DNA from: an uncultured Gammaproteobacteria bacterium
Lineage (GTDB): Bacteria > Patescibacteriota > Patescibacteriia > UBA1558 > 2-01-FULL-52-15
Assembly (NCBI GenBank): GCA_964402565.1
Contig: CAYOCJ010000001.1
Coordinates: 288,079-352,078, forward strand
Length of the DNA: 64,000 nucleotides
Direction of reading: 5' to 3'
In this document: piece by piece, positions 39,854 to 48,768 of the stretch
Layout of the letters: the number at the start of each line of letters is the position of its first letter
Numbering within the stretch: position 1 is the first letter of the stretch
The notes under the pieces: generated by a model
Databases searched by the model: none
Told to the model about the DNA's origin: nothing
The model's input: the letters and a program-made list of their open reading frames with translations, nothing else
Translations under genes and position numbers: made by a program

Positions 39854-40246
39854 TCATTCCCATGTCAGCCGTAAACTCGGTTTACCGAACTCACGGTTCA
39901 ATTCTACGGATTTCAGGCCATGGCCTGCGCCGAATCTGCGAACTTCTATGAGAAGTTGTCCCAGATGTAGCGCATCGAGACTCTGCACCATTGCCGGCAC
40001 TAGCTCGATTTTTACTGGCTTGCCCCCGTCGATGATCGCTGCATGCAGCAGACGAACGATATTGCGATAGTACTCGTCCATCAGCTGATCTTGTCGCGAG
40101 AATGTTGTGATCGTATGTCTCTCCTGATCCTCGCGTTGCACGTTGGAACGGAGATCCTGAAGATTTTTTCGAAGGTTCCTGTTTCTGAACACGAGGAGTG
40201 CACTGCCGATCACAAGGCTGATTACCGCGATCAAGAGTAGCTTCAT
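39854..40246 (-). CDS. Hypothetical protein with an N-terminal TM/signal segment (accessory unit)
   Basis: SD AAGGAG; own promoter TTGACA-17-TAGATT (40291-40319); downstream hairpin. Confidence 0.7.
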   Translation of the reverse strand: MKLLLIAVISLVIGSALLVFRNRNLRKNLQDLRSNVQREDQERHTITTFSRQDQLMDEYYRNIVRLLHAAIIDGGKPVKIELVPAMVQSLDALHLGQLLIEVRRFGAGHGLKSVELNREFGKPSLRLTWE

Positions 40247-40328
40247 GAGCCGATCTCCTTGGTGAATGTTGTAAAGGTCGAGAACGTAGCAATCTACGCT
40301 GAATACTGCGGAATGTCAATAACGTGAA

Positions 40329-40358
40329 GCCGCCCCGTTTCTAACGAAACGGGGCGGC
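40329..40358. terminator. Hairpin terminator
   Basis: GCCGCCCCGTTTC-taac-GAAACGGGGCGGC. Confidence 0.7.
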
Positions 40359-40364
40359 AAGGGC

Positions 40365-41117
40365 TCACTCCATCTGGATCGAAGTGCACAAGCTTTCGAG
40401 TGCTACGACCATCTTTCTGCTGTCACCTTGTGCCTCATCGAGTTCATCCCAATGAGGCTTGTAGTACGCGCGTACCGGGTCGTCTTCGGGTACGTTCGGA
40501 TTTTCGTAGCAGGCACGCATGGTGGCTACCGCATAGAAGATGATCACATGCCACTGCCGAATTTTTTCCGCAGTGAGGCGGTCTTCGGAACCCATGATCA
40601 GCTTCAGGAGGTCTCGCAGTTCGTGCTTTCCGAAAACAGGGGCTTTGATTTGCGGTTCGTCGGGTTTGGTCCGTGGAAACACGAAGATATCGATCTCGAT
40701 TTCGCGGTCTCCGGGCCAGCCCAGCACGCCGAGGATGTCCGGACTGAAGTGGATGCAGGACCTCACCTGGCCTCTGCCGGGACAGGTTGTATCCATCAGA
40801 TTGTCCACGTGCATCTGCCGGACGATGGACTCCGATTTCCATGAGTCGAGAGAAGTACAAGCGATGATTCGGTTGTGCATCGGGTATATCTCCACAATGC
40901 TCTGGGTGAAGCGAACTTCGAGAGGCTCCTGCAGATCCTCGCTGTGTATCCTCGAATCCTTGCGGACCTGGAAGCCGATCGGCAGTCGCTCAAGGAGCTG
41001 TTCTGCCATTTCTCGTGAAATTCCTTCATAGAGATTGAGGACTTTGAAGATCGTCCTCTGGTCCCTCCCTCCCTGAACCAGGAAGGGCTTGAATGCCTCG
41101 TTTGTTGTCGCGCTCAT
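40365..41117 (-). CDS. Hypothetical protein (accessory unit)
   Basis: 250 aa; SD AAAGGAG; promoter TTGACA-17-CATAGT (41176-41204). Confidence 0.75.
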   Translation of the reverse strand: MSATTNEAFKPFLVQGGRDQRTIFKVLNLYEGISREMAEQLLERLPIGFQVRKDSRIHSEDLQEPLEVRFTQSIVEIYPMHNRIIACTSLDSWKSESIVRQMHVDNLMDTTCPGRGQVRSCIHFSPDILGVLGWPGDREIEIDIFVFPRTKPDEPQIKAPVFGKHELRDLLKLIMGSEDRLTAEKIRQWHVIIFYAVATMRACYENPNVPEDDPVRAYYKPHWDELDEAQGDSRKMVVALESLCTSIQME

Positions 41118-41291
41118 TTTTTAAGCTCCTTTTCCAGGAAAGGTTGCGTTTTGTGATAAAGATCAAGGAAAAAGTACTATGGCACAAAATTACATAATTG
41201 TCAATATATCTGAGTAAAAAATAGTTGTCCTTGAAATAAATGATAAAACTTGCTACACTCATGCGGCCTGAATTCAGGCAATTAATTATTT

Positions 41292-41398
41292 CTCATGCTG
41301 GGTCAGCATTTCTTGAAACCCTCGTCCGCACTGGGCGGACGCGCGAGAGATGACAGCAGAGGTTCTCGCATTACGTGCGGGATATAAAGGGAACAGCT
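41292..41398 (+). promoter_or_regulatory. Structured rpsB 5' leader, probable S2 autoregulatory element
   Basis: TGCTG-GGTCA...TGAC-AGCA stem enclosing a palindrome, followed by GAGG; position directly upstream of rpsB. Confidence 0.5.
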
Positions 41399-42115
41399 AT
41401 GACAAAAGACAATCAAGCGTCGGCTTTGCCCACGCTGGAAGCCATGCTCACAGCCGGCGTCCACTTCGGACATCAGAGCTCGCGCAGGCATCCGAAGTCC
41501 GCTCAGTATATTTTTACCAAGCGGAACAATGTGCATGTTATTGACCTTGAGCATACCAGGTCAAAACTGGCCGAGGCAGCAGACTTTGCCCGGCAGATCG
41601 CATCGAACGGAGGAGTGATCCTCTTCGTCGGTTCAAAGAAACAAGGACGCGATGCAGTACAGAAGGCGGCAGAACGCTGCGGCATGCCATATATAGTCGG
41701 CAGATGGATCGGAGGCATCTTCACAAACTTTGATCAGGTAGGAAAACTTATAGGCAAATTAAAACAGCTGGAAACTGAAGAAAAGGACGGCACGTGGGAA
41801 AAGTACAAGAAGAGCGAGCAGACCGCATTCCGCAAAGAAATGATGAAGCTTAGAGAATTCGTCGGCGGTATCAGCAGCATGACGAAACTCCCGAAGGCTG
41901 TATACATAGTAGATATCAAGAAAGAAAAGACCGCGGTCGCTGAAGCAAACAAAAAAAATATTCCTATCATTGCTATGACGGATACGAACGTTAACCCGGA
42001 AAAGGTGCAGTATCCGATCCCGTCGAATGACGATGCGATCAGTTCCATAGCTCTCATCACCAATTGCATCGCTGATGCAATTCTCGAAGCAAAAAGCGCT
42101 TCCCCCTCCGCTTAA
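41399..42115 (+). CDS. rpsB: 30S ribosomal protein S2
   Basis: AGVHFGH, ILFVGSK, RWIGGIFTNF, DTNVNP, IPSNDDAI. Confidence 0.98.
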   Translation: MTKDNQASALPTLEAMLTAGVHFGHQSSRRHPKSAQYIFTKRNNVHVIDLEHTRSKLAEAADFARQIASNGGVILFVGSKKQGRDAVQKAAERCGMPYIVGRWIGGIFTNFDQVGKLIGKLKQLETEEKDGTWEKYKKSEQTAFRKEMMKLREFVGGISSMTKLPKAVYIVDIKKEKTAVAEANKKNIPIIAMTDTNVNPEKVQYPIPSNDDAISSIALITNCIADAILEAKSASPSA

Positions 42116-42164
42116 GCTACGGCGGACCTTCGGCCGGCAAATTAATATAAATACGTTAACATAT

Positions 42165-42749
42165 ATGGCAAATTTAGATTTGATCAAAAAGATCCGTGAA
42201 GCGACCGGCGCAGGCATGGTCGATGTGAAAGAGGCTCTGTCAGAAGCGAATGACAATGAAGAGAAGGCTATTGAATTGCTCCGCAAAAAAGGACAGAAAA
42301 TCGCAGCAAAGCGAGCTGAGCGAGTAACCAAGGAAGGCTTTATCGCGCATTACATTCACTCGAATGGCAAGGTAGCATCTCTCGTTGCGGTTTCCTGCGA
42401 GACTGATTTCGTGGGCCGCAACGATGACTTCCGCGCCTTTGCGAAGGAGTTAGCATTGCAGGTCGCAGCAACTGCGCCTCAGTATCTGAATCCTGATGAT
42501 GTCCCTGCTGAAGTCATTGAGAAGGAAAAGGAAATTTATAAGGAGCAGTTGAAAACTGAAGGAAAGCCTGAAGCTATGTGGGATAAGATCGCTGAAGGCA
42601 AATTGCAGAAATTTTACAGCGAGGTTTGTCTCATGAAGCAGGTTTCCATCAAGGATGATAAAAAGACTGTCGAACAGCTTCTGACCGAGCAGATCGCCAA
42701 GATTGGGGAGAATATTAAGGTCGTGAAATTCGTTTATTTTACGCTATAA
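42165..42749 (+). CDS. tsf: Elongation factor Ts (short form)
   Basis: IREATGAGMVDVKEAL, CETDFV; start at MANLD. Confidence 0.97.
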   Translation: MANLDLIKKIREATGAGMVDVKEALSEANDNEEKAIELLRKKGQKIAAKRAERVTKEGFIAHYIHSNGKVASLVAVSCETDFVGRNDDFRAFAKELALQVAATAPQYLNPDDVPAEVIEKEKEIYKEQLKTEGKPEAMWDKIAEGKLQKFYSEVCLMKQVSIKDDKKTVEQLLTEQIAKIGENIKVVKFVYFTL

Positions 42750-42756
42750 TTTTTTA

Positions 42757-42850
42757 CCGCCTTCCCGGCGGAGGGGCAGGGGGCCAGGGACTCGAAGTTC
42801 CGGAGCCCGTCCCTAGGCCCCCTGCACCCCCATACCCTGGCACGGCTGCA
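42757..42850. repeat. GC-rich palindromic element related to 53778-53881
   Basis: GCAGGGGGCC...GGCCCCCTGC stem followed by ACCCCCATACCCTGGCACGGC. Confidence 0.55.
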
Positions 42851-42890
42851 AATATCCCGCTCCGCCAACTGGCGGAGCGGGATATTTGTT
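42850..42890 (+). terminator. Long perfect hairpin after tsf
   Basis: AAATATCCCGCTCCGCCA-ac-TGGCGGAGCGGGATATTT. Confidence 0.75.
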
Positions 42891-42892
42891 CA

Positions 42893-42921
42893 TTGACGAT
42901 GGACAATAAAACGATTATAAC
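42893..42921 (+). promoter_or_regulatory. Sigma70 promoter TTGACG-17-TATAAC
   Basis: -35 at 42893-42898, -10 at 42916-42921. Confidence 0.7.
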
Positions 42922-42982
42922 GTAAGAACGCGCAAAGCTTCGCTTTGCGCTGTTTTGTCCTTTTCACATCTCATGAGAGGAG

Positions 42983-44293
42983 GTGATGACCGTGCTGATC
43001 AGCGGCAGGCTCGAGAACGGCATGTCGGTGTTCCTTTTGCCGGACAAACAGGCGTCTGCAGTTGGCATTGCGGTTATCGCCCTTGGCGGTGCCCGTGATG
43101 ATCCTCCGGGAAATCCTGCAAGCCACCGGCTCGAACACGCGATGATGCGTGCCACCAAGGCATTCCCTACTGAAGCAGAGATCACCAGGTTCTATGCCCC
43201 CTTCGCGCATCAGTTCAACGCTGAGACCAGCCACACAGCCATGCTCATGCATGGACTTGCACAGCGCAAGGATCTTGCGAAGCTCATTCGCCTGCTGGGC
43301 GAAGTCGTGGTGCATCCGAAGCTCGACGCAGATACTGTCCGTATCGAGATCGAACGCCACGATGAAGAAAGTCGTGAAGTTCGCGACTCTCGCGGTGATG
43401 CGCTCTGGGTCGATTTCGATCGCACCATGTTTCACCGTAATAACCTTCCCTGTGCCTTGTACTCTGAACCGTCCTGCGGAGCTATGCTTCAAAAAGCGTC
43501 CGCGCGGTCTCTGTTTTTTCTGCATCGAAAGCGTTTCGTCGGCCTGCGCACTGCATTGGTGATCACCGGAGGTTTCGACCCTGATGAAGCCATGCGGCTT
43601 GTCCGCTACCGTTTCTCCCCATTGAGGCGCGGATCTCCTTCCGTACCCAAAACGATTGATTTCCAGAGATTTCGCGGCGGTTCGCGAGTGATCCGCGATA
43701 ATGCAGCCGAGCAGATCAATTTCATCATCGGCTGGCCGACATTCGGCTTTTCTGACCAGCAGCGCATCGCTCTCGGCGTCCTGCGCAATCGTTTGTCCCG
43801 CGGCGCTGACTCGTATCTCAAGCTCGAGCTCGACAGCAAAGGCCGCGGCTATAGTTCGGTCGATCTGCTCTGGCTCTGGCACGATGTCGAGCAATACGCC
43901 ATCAATGTTTCGCTCGCTCCGGGCAAGCTGCTCGAAGCGCTGGGGATCATAGCGCATCATGTCAGAACGCTCCGTGCTGATCTGATCTCGAAAGAAGAAC
44001 TGGAAGGCTCGGTATCGGCCATGGCTACGCATGCTTCGCTGCAGCACCTGAACCCGATGGACCATGCAGTCTTCATGGCGAAACAGTGGGCCCATCTCGG
44101 CCGCCTCGTTCCTTCATCGGCGTATATCCGTTTGCTCCGCAAGGTGAGCAGGCAGGATATCCGGCGTGTTGCGAATGCGATCCTGGTGCATCACCGGCGC
44201 GTGATCGTTGCCCGCGGTCCTATGGGCAAGATCACGAGAAAAGATATGCTCGAGGCGCTTCGCCTGCGAAACAAGAAAGGAGGTCCTGGATGA
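42983..44293 (+). CDS. M16 (pitrilysin/insulinase) family metallopeptidase
   Basis: LENGMSV, GGARDD, inverted zinc motif HRLEH, FNAETS, IRRVANAIL; exact start among 42983/42986/42992 uncertain. Confidence 0.88.
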   Translation: MMTVLISGRLENGMSVFLLPDKQASAVGIAVIALGGARDDPPGNPASHRLEHAMMRATKAFPTEAEITRFYAPFAHQFNAETSHTAMLMHGLAQRKDLAKLIRLLGEVVVHPKLDADTVRIEIERHDEESREVRDSRGDALWVDFDRTMFHRNNLPCALYSEPSCGAMLQKASARSLFFLHRKRFVGLRTALVITGGFDPDEAMRLVRYRFSPLRRGSPSVPKTIDFQRFRGGSRVIRDNAAEQINFIIGWPTFGFSDQQRIALGVLRNRLSRGADSYLKLELDSKGRGYSSVDLLWLWHDVEQYAINVSLAPGKLLEALGIIAHHVRTLRADLISKEELEGSVSAMATHASLQHLNPMDHAVFMAKQWAHLGRLVPSSAYIRLLRKVSRQDIRRVANAILVHHRRVIVARGPMGKITRKDMLEALRLRNKKGGPG

Positions 44294-45450
44294 ACCGAAC
44301 TACCATCGTTGTCACGTTCAGCAAGATCAGTGCCTATATGACCTGTCCGCGGCAAGCATTTTTCATCTCGCAGACAGGTCTTCTTGAGCGGCGCACTGAC
44401 TACTCCAGGCTGTTCGGAACGGCGATACATGATTTCATCCACCGGGATATGTACGCTATTCCGAAAGAGCCGCGTGCTTTCCGGTTCAAGACCATTCGGT
44501 CTGCGCTGGGTGCATGGCATCGGTACTGGAACGCGGTAGTCGAAGAATCCATAGCTGGATTCGCGACTCGTTCGTCCGGCAAGGGCAAGAAGAAGGTTAC
44601 CAAGCAAGTTCCGCGGCTCGTGAATCCCAGTGCCGAACAGACCGAGAAATACATGGTCACCGGCAGGGTCTGCATCGCACAGTACTGGAAGCAGAACGTC
44701 GACCGTGCTCGGCCGATCCAGATCGAGGAGCCGTATAGCTGGCCCTTGGGGTCAGGCGTAGAACTGCGCGGCAGATTCGATCAGGTACGCGACATCCCGC
44801 TTGAGAAGATCGCACGGTTCCGCCCGGAGCTTATCCGCAACGGAGTGCTCATCCCTGGTTTCGCGCCAGTGGTCGTAGCGGATTTGAAAACCGATCGTAA
44901 TTCCTACGACTTGCGCTCCTTTCGTGAAGATCCGTCTCTGGAAGAAGAGGTCAGGCAGCAGTATCAGTTGCATGAAGGCCTGCAGGCCACGATCTACACC
45001 TTCCTGTACGAGATGCGCTACGGTGTCAAACCGGTCGGATTCGCGTGGTATCACCTGCGCAGCGGAAAGATTTTCATGACCTACCGTGATGAGCGGGATT
45101 ATCGCCGGATGGCTGAGGTCATCCGTCATTATCTCGAAAACATTGCGGCCCAGTCATTTCCGCCGAATGCAGGCAAGTACTGCGAGTATTGCGACTACCT
45201 GGAACCGTGCCGCGAGAATCGCGAGCATTTGATCGCGCGGCCCGAGACCATGGAAGGCTTAGCCGGGGAATTGCTGCAGATTCCGTCGCGCGTTGCTATT
45301 GCTTCGAAACAGCACCGCCTGAAACTCAAGGTGCCGCGAGTTCCTGCAGAGCTTCCGCAGCTCCCGAGCCTCTCACTCGACACTGTTTTCCCGCGTGCCA
45401 TTATGCTGCCAGCTACGCTGCCCTGGGCAAGCGAACTGGAAGACAAATGA
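44290..45450 (+). CDS. PD-(D/E)XK nuclease, Cas4/AddB-like with Fe-S cysteines
   Basis: Start at MNRTT (SD AAAGGAGG, ATGA overlap); TFSKISAYMTCPRQ, FGTAIH, LRGRFD, ADLKT, LQATIY, CEYCDYLEPC. Confidence 0.85.
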   Translation: MNRTTIVVTFSKISAYMTCPRQAFFISQTGLLERRTDYSRLFGTAIHDFIHRDMYAIPKEPRAFRFKTIRSALGAWHRYWNAVVEESIAGFATRSSGKGKKKVTKQVPRLVNPSAEQTEKYMVTGRVCIAQYWKQNVDRARPIQIEEPYSWPLGSGVELRGRFDQVRDIPLEKIARFRPELIRNGVLIPGFAPVVVADLKTDRNSYDLRSFREDPSLEEEVRQQYQLHEGLQATIYTFLYEMRYGVKPVGFAWYHLRSGKIFMTYRDERDYRRMAEVIRHYLENIAAQSFPPNAGKYCEYCDYLEPCRENREHLIARPETMEGLAGELLQIPSRVAIASKQHRLKLKVPRVPAELPQLPSLSLDTVFPRAIMLPATLPWASELEDK

Positions 45451-45473
45451 GCATTGCATTTTCTCTCAACATG

Positions 45474-45500
45474 GGCCGCCCCTAACAAAGGCGGCCTTTT
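45474..45500 (+). terminator. Intrinsic terminator
   Basis: GGCCGCC...GGCGGCC-TTTT. Confidence 0.75.
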
Positions 45501-45542
45501 CTTAGAGCAGGAAAGATTATTTTTTGGTATACTGAATTCACT

Positions 45543-47045
45543 ATGGCTGATGAACAATTAAACGAGTATATCCGGCAAGCGCGTCAGTCAGGAATGAATG
45601 AGACGCAAATACGAGATGCTTTAGTTCAGGCTGGCTGGGATACCTCAACGATTCAAAATGTTTTGCAAAGTTCCGCTGTACCGAATGCTGAATGGCATGT
45701 AACGTCGAAGCCTCGGCGTCGTGTATATGTAAAAGCCTTTATTGTTTTAGCAGTTGTTCTGCTCTTTGGCGGAGGAGCATATGCTGCATATTTTTATTTT
45801 ATTCAGCCAAAGGAAGATCTGCAGACATCGAAGCAAGTTGAAGCACCAAAACAGGTCATTGCAAATCAGGCACAAGAAAACACTATACCGGAAAGCAGCG
45901 GCATAGCCAAAGTACCCGAGCCTCCGTACTATGTAGTACTAAGCGGTGAAATAGGTAAAGATACTACTGTTTCGCTGAATCCATTTTTTTTCACGACAAG
46001 CAAAGAACCTGCTTCTCAGATGGAGCCTCAGCCGGAAGCAGTGTTTACAGTCGAGATGTTAGACGGAAGCACGGTTCTCGCATCAGCTCCTATTGATGCA
46101 TTTACCTGCGCTGATATACCAGGTGATGACCAATGCTTGTCCGCAGATCATACGAATGGTTTTTTCGTTACAGCATTGTTTACTGATAAAATGCCGGATG
46201 CGCTCAGCATTAAAAAAGGTAATAAAGAAATATACCATCTTGCAGCGCAAACTACAGAATTTCCTGCGCTAGATATTTCGCAACAAGACTTAACCTCAGG
46301 TGTATTACACATAGTATGGAAACAAATACCGGTCGAGCCAAAACTTGAGTATGAAGGATATATATCTAATAATGGGTTTTCTCACACTGAGAACAGTATC
46401 GGAACCACTGTTGTTGCATATCATGATGCAAACGGTGCAGCGCTGACACGAATGCCGGATGGTACGACAAAGGACATCATCGGGGATAATGAACTGACTT
46501 TCAATACCTGGGGGGACTCGTATATGGCCGGTACCATTCAGGCTGCTGTGTATGCAACTGATGGTTTTCGAACGCGCGTGTTTTATTCTTCTGAATTTAA
46601 ACAAATGCCATATCCTGTGCACGCGAGCATCAAGTCTCCGGAAAACGGTAAGACCTATGAGCAAAATCACGTCGATCTGATGGTGAATGATTATGATGCT
46701 CAGGGCAACTATGCAGGGCCAGTTACCGGAAATACGTATACCTGGACATCAGATAAGGATGGTCAAATTGCAACCACCAAAGAAGCGACCTGTCAGTCGC
46801 TTGCGCCAGGCAATCATGTCATCACCTTGCATGTAAAAAATGAGAATGGTACAGAAGATTCTGCATCAGTTACTATAACGGTAACGACTGACACATTGTT
46901 TTGGAATCAGACCAGTGATTGTGATGACCCGTCGAAGCGAGGAGGTATGACGAAAGCACAATGTCTGAGCTACTATGCGACGGTAAAATATGAAAATGAG
47001 AAGGATTATAATGAGCGCAGAGCTAGCGGTCATATATGTGAGTAA
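45543..47045 (+). CDS. Membrane-anchored surface protein with a C-terminal Ig/PKD-like domain
   Basis: N-terminal YIRQARQSG..IRDALVQAGW motif, TM helix, YTWTSDKDG..LAPGNHVITLHV. Confidence 0.75.
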   Translation: MADEQLNEYIRQARQSGMNETQIRDALVQAGWDTSTIQNVLQSSAVPNAEWHVTSKPRRRVYVKAFIVLAVVLLFGGGAYAAYFYFIQPKEDLQTSKQVEAPKQVIANQAQENTIPESSGIAKVPEPPYYVVLSGEIGKDTTVSLNPFFFTTSKEPASQMEPQPEAVFTVEMLDGSTVLASAPIDAFTCADIPGDDQCLSADHTNGFFVTALFTDKMPDALSIKKGNKEIYHLAAQTTEFPALDISQQDLTSGVLHIVWKQIPVEPKLEYEGYISNNGFSHTENSIGTTVVAYHDANGAALTRMPDGTTKDIIGDNELTFNTWGDSYMAGTIQAAVYATDGFRTRVFYSSEFKQMPYPVHASIKSPENGKTYEQNHVDLMVNDYDAQGNYAGPVTGNTYTWTSDKDGQIATTKEATCQSLAPGNHVITLHVKNENGTEDSASVTITVTTDTLFWNQTSDCDDPSKRGGMTKAQCLSYYATVKYENEKDYNERRASGHICE

Positions 47046-47061
47046 GAAATTGAGTTGATGG

Positions 47062-47095
47062 AAAAGAGCAGGATCCGAAGACCCTGCTCTTTTTT
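47062..47095. terminator. Bidirectional terminator
   Basis: AAAAGAGCAGG...CCTGCTCTTTT between convergent genes. Confidence 0.8.
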
Positions 47096-47109
47096 GTTCG
47101 CTAGCTGAA

Positions 47110-47430
47110 CTAGTTGCCGGCGGCTAAGGCTTTCTCGACATAGGCGTAGATTGCCTTGTCGACCTCGGGGCAGATTGCCGACCAGTCGACAACTTTCGTA
47201 CGCTCGACATGCACCTTGTAGCGCTCCACGGTGACCGACTGAACACCGTGGATGTCGAGGAGCGAACGAAGGAGATCGGTGCCCTTCGTTTCCCCTTCGC
47301 TTTCATCACGATGCATTTCGAAGATTCTCTTCTCGGAGAGAAGGAAATCCGCATGGCAATAGGCTGTCCCGCTTTCGGAAATATTCCGTTCCCAGAGAAG
47401 CTTCACTGCCTCGGCTAACTTGCTGTTCAT
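47110..47430 (-). CDS. NifU/Nfu N-terminal scaffold-like domain protein (accessory unit)
   Basis: SD AAGGAGG; LLRSLLDIHGVQSVTV..VHVER..DWSAICPEV resembles Nfu_N. Confidence 0.65.
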   Translation of the reverse strand: MNSKLAEAVKLLWERNISESGTAYCHADFLLSEKRIFEMHRDESEGETKGTDLLRSLLDIHGVQSVTVERYKVHVERTKVVDWSAICPEVDKAIYAYVEKALAAGN

Positions 47431-47618
47431 TTCGAAAGAACCTCCTTGCGCACAATAGGGAGGCGCAAACCCGTTTATCAGCAAATCCACGAGCACGCAA
47501 TTGGCCGGGGTCACTGATAAACATGAGATTAAAACATGTGGATATTAAAATGTCAATGCTTTTCATGACATGAATAGGGTTATGCGCTATACTTAGGTAT
47601 ATATTTAATACTAAACCT

Positions 47619-48635
47619 ATGCCAAAAAAACCAATCAGAATTGCGATCAATGGCTTTGGCCGTATCGGCCGAGCAGCATTCAAAATTGCTCTGAGCAAAA
47701 AAAACGTCGAGATCGTCGCTATCAACGATCTCACTGATGCGAAGACCTTAGCGCATCTGTTGAAGTATGACAGTGTTTTTAGAACCTACGGTAAAGAAGT
47801 AGGTTCCGGTAAAGGGTATATTACTGTCGATAAGAAAAAATATCCGATCTATGCCATTCCTGATCCCGCGAAGTTGCCGTGGAAGAAACTTAAAGTCGAT
47901 GTGGTACTCGAATGCACCGGTCGCCTCGATGAAGGTGATGCGTCAGCAGTACACCTGAAAGCAGGAGCGCGGAAAGCAGTGGTGTCAGCGCCAGTGAAAG
48001 GCGGCTCTGCGCAGAATTTGCTGTTCGGCGTGAATGATCATGAGTATGATCCGAAGAATAACATTGTCTCGAATGCATCCTGTACCACGAATTGCATCGC
48101 GCCGGTCGCCCAGATCATCAGCGATAAATTCGGCATCAAGAAAGCCATGATGACGACCATTCACTCCTATACTCAGGACCAGCGTTTGCATGATGCGCCG
48201 CATGATGATTTGCGCCGTGCCAGGGCTGCAGCGCAGAATATGGTTCCGACAACGACCGGCGCTGCTATTGCCACCGGCAAAGTTATACCAGAGCTTAACG
48301 GACTCTTCGACGGACTTTCGATCCGCGTGCCAACCATTGATGTGTCGCTTTCAGATTTCACGTTCCTGGTGAAGAAAAAGGCAACAGTGAAAGAAGTAAA
48401 TCGTATCTTGACCGTTGCTTCGAAGTCGCCGCGCTATCATGGTATTCTGGATGTCACTGATCAGCCTCTGGTTTCCTCAGATTTCATCGGCAACCCCCAT
48501 TCAAGCATCGTTGATCTATCGCTTACGAAGGTCGTGGATGATACCATGGTTAAGGTCATCGCCTGGTATGATAATGAATGGGGCTATTCGAATCGCCTGG
48601 TTGATATGGCCGTTCTCGTCGGCTCATCAAAATAA
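47619..48635 (+). CDS. gap: Glyceraldehyde-3-phosphate dehydrogenase type I
   Basis: AINGFGRIGR, SNASCTTNC, WYDNEWGY. Confidence 0.98.
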   Translation: MPKKPIRIAINGFGRIGRAAFKIALSKKNVEIVAINDLTDAKTLAHLLKYDSVFRTYGKEVGSGKGYITVDKKKYPIYAIPDPAKLPWKKLKVDVVLECTGRLDEGDASAVHLKAGARKAVVSAPVKGGSAQNLLFGVNDHEYDPKNNIVSNASCTTNCIAPVAQIISDKFGIKKAMMTTIHSYTQDQRLHDAPHDDLRRARAAAQNMVPTTTGAAIATGKVIPELNGLFDGLSIRVPTIDVSLSDFTFLVKKKATVKEVNRILTVASKSPRYHGILDVTDQPLVSSDFIGNPHSSIVDLSLTKVVDDTMVKVIAWYDNEWGYSNRLVDMAVLVGSSK

Positions 48636-48768
48636 AAGAAGGGGAGGGAGTTGGTTGTGCGCCAGCTCCCTCCTTTGTATCGAGTCCGCAGGCCTTAGCG
48701 GGGTGAAACATTGCCTGCGCGGTTCTTCTATCATAGTAACATGTTGTAATATTTGGTAAAGTACAAAC

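Noticed and set aside
42971-44095. 374-aa minus-strand ORF
   Set aside because: Mirror frame of the GC-rich M16 peptidase gene; no motifs or expression signals.
44086-44289. N-terminal extension of the nuclease ORF given in the track
   Set aside because: Overlaps the peptidase gene; the SD and ATGA overlap indicate a start at 44290.
44290-45450. Possible CRISPR-Cas locus suggested by the Cas4-like nuclease
   Set aside because: No repeat-spacer array or other cas genes seen in the window.
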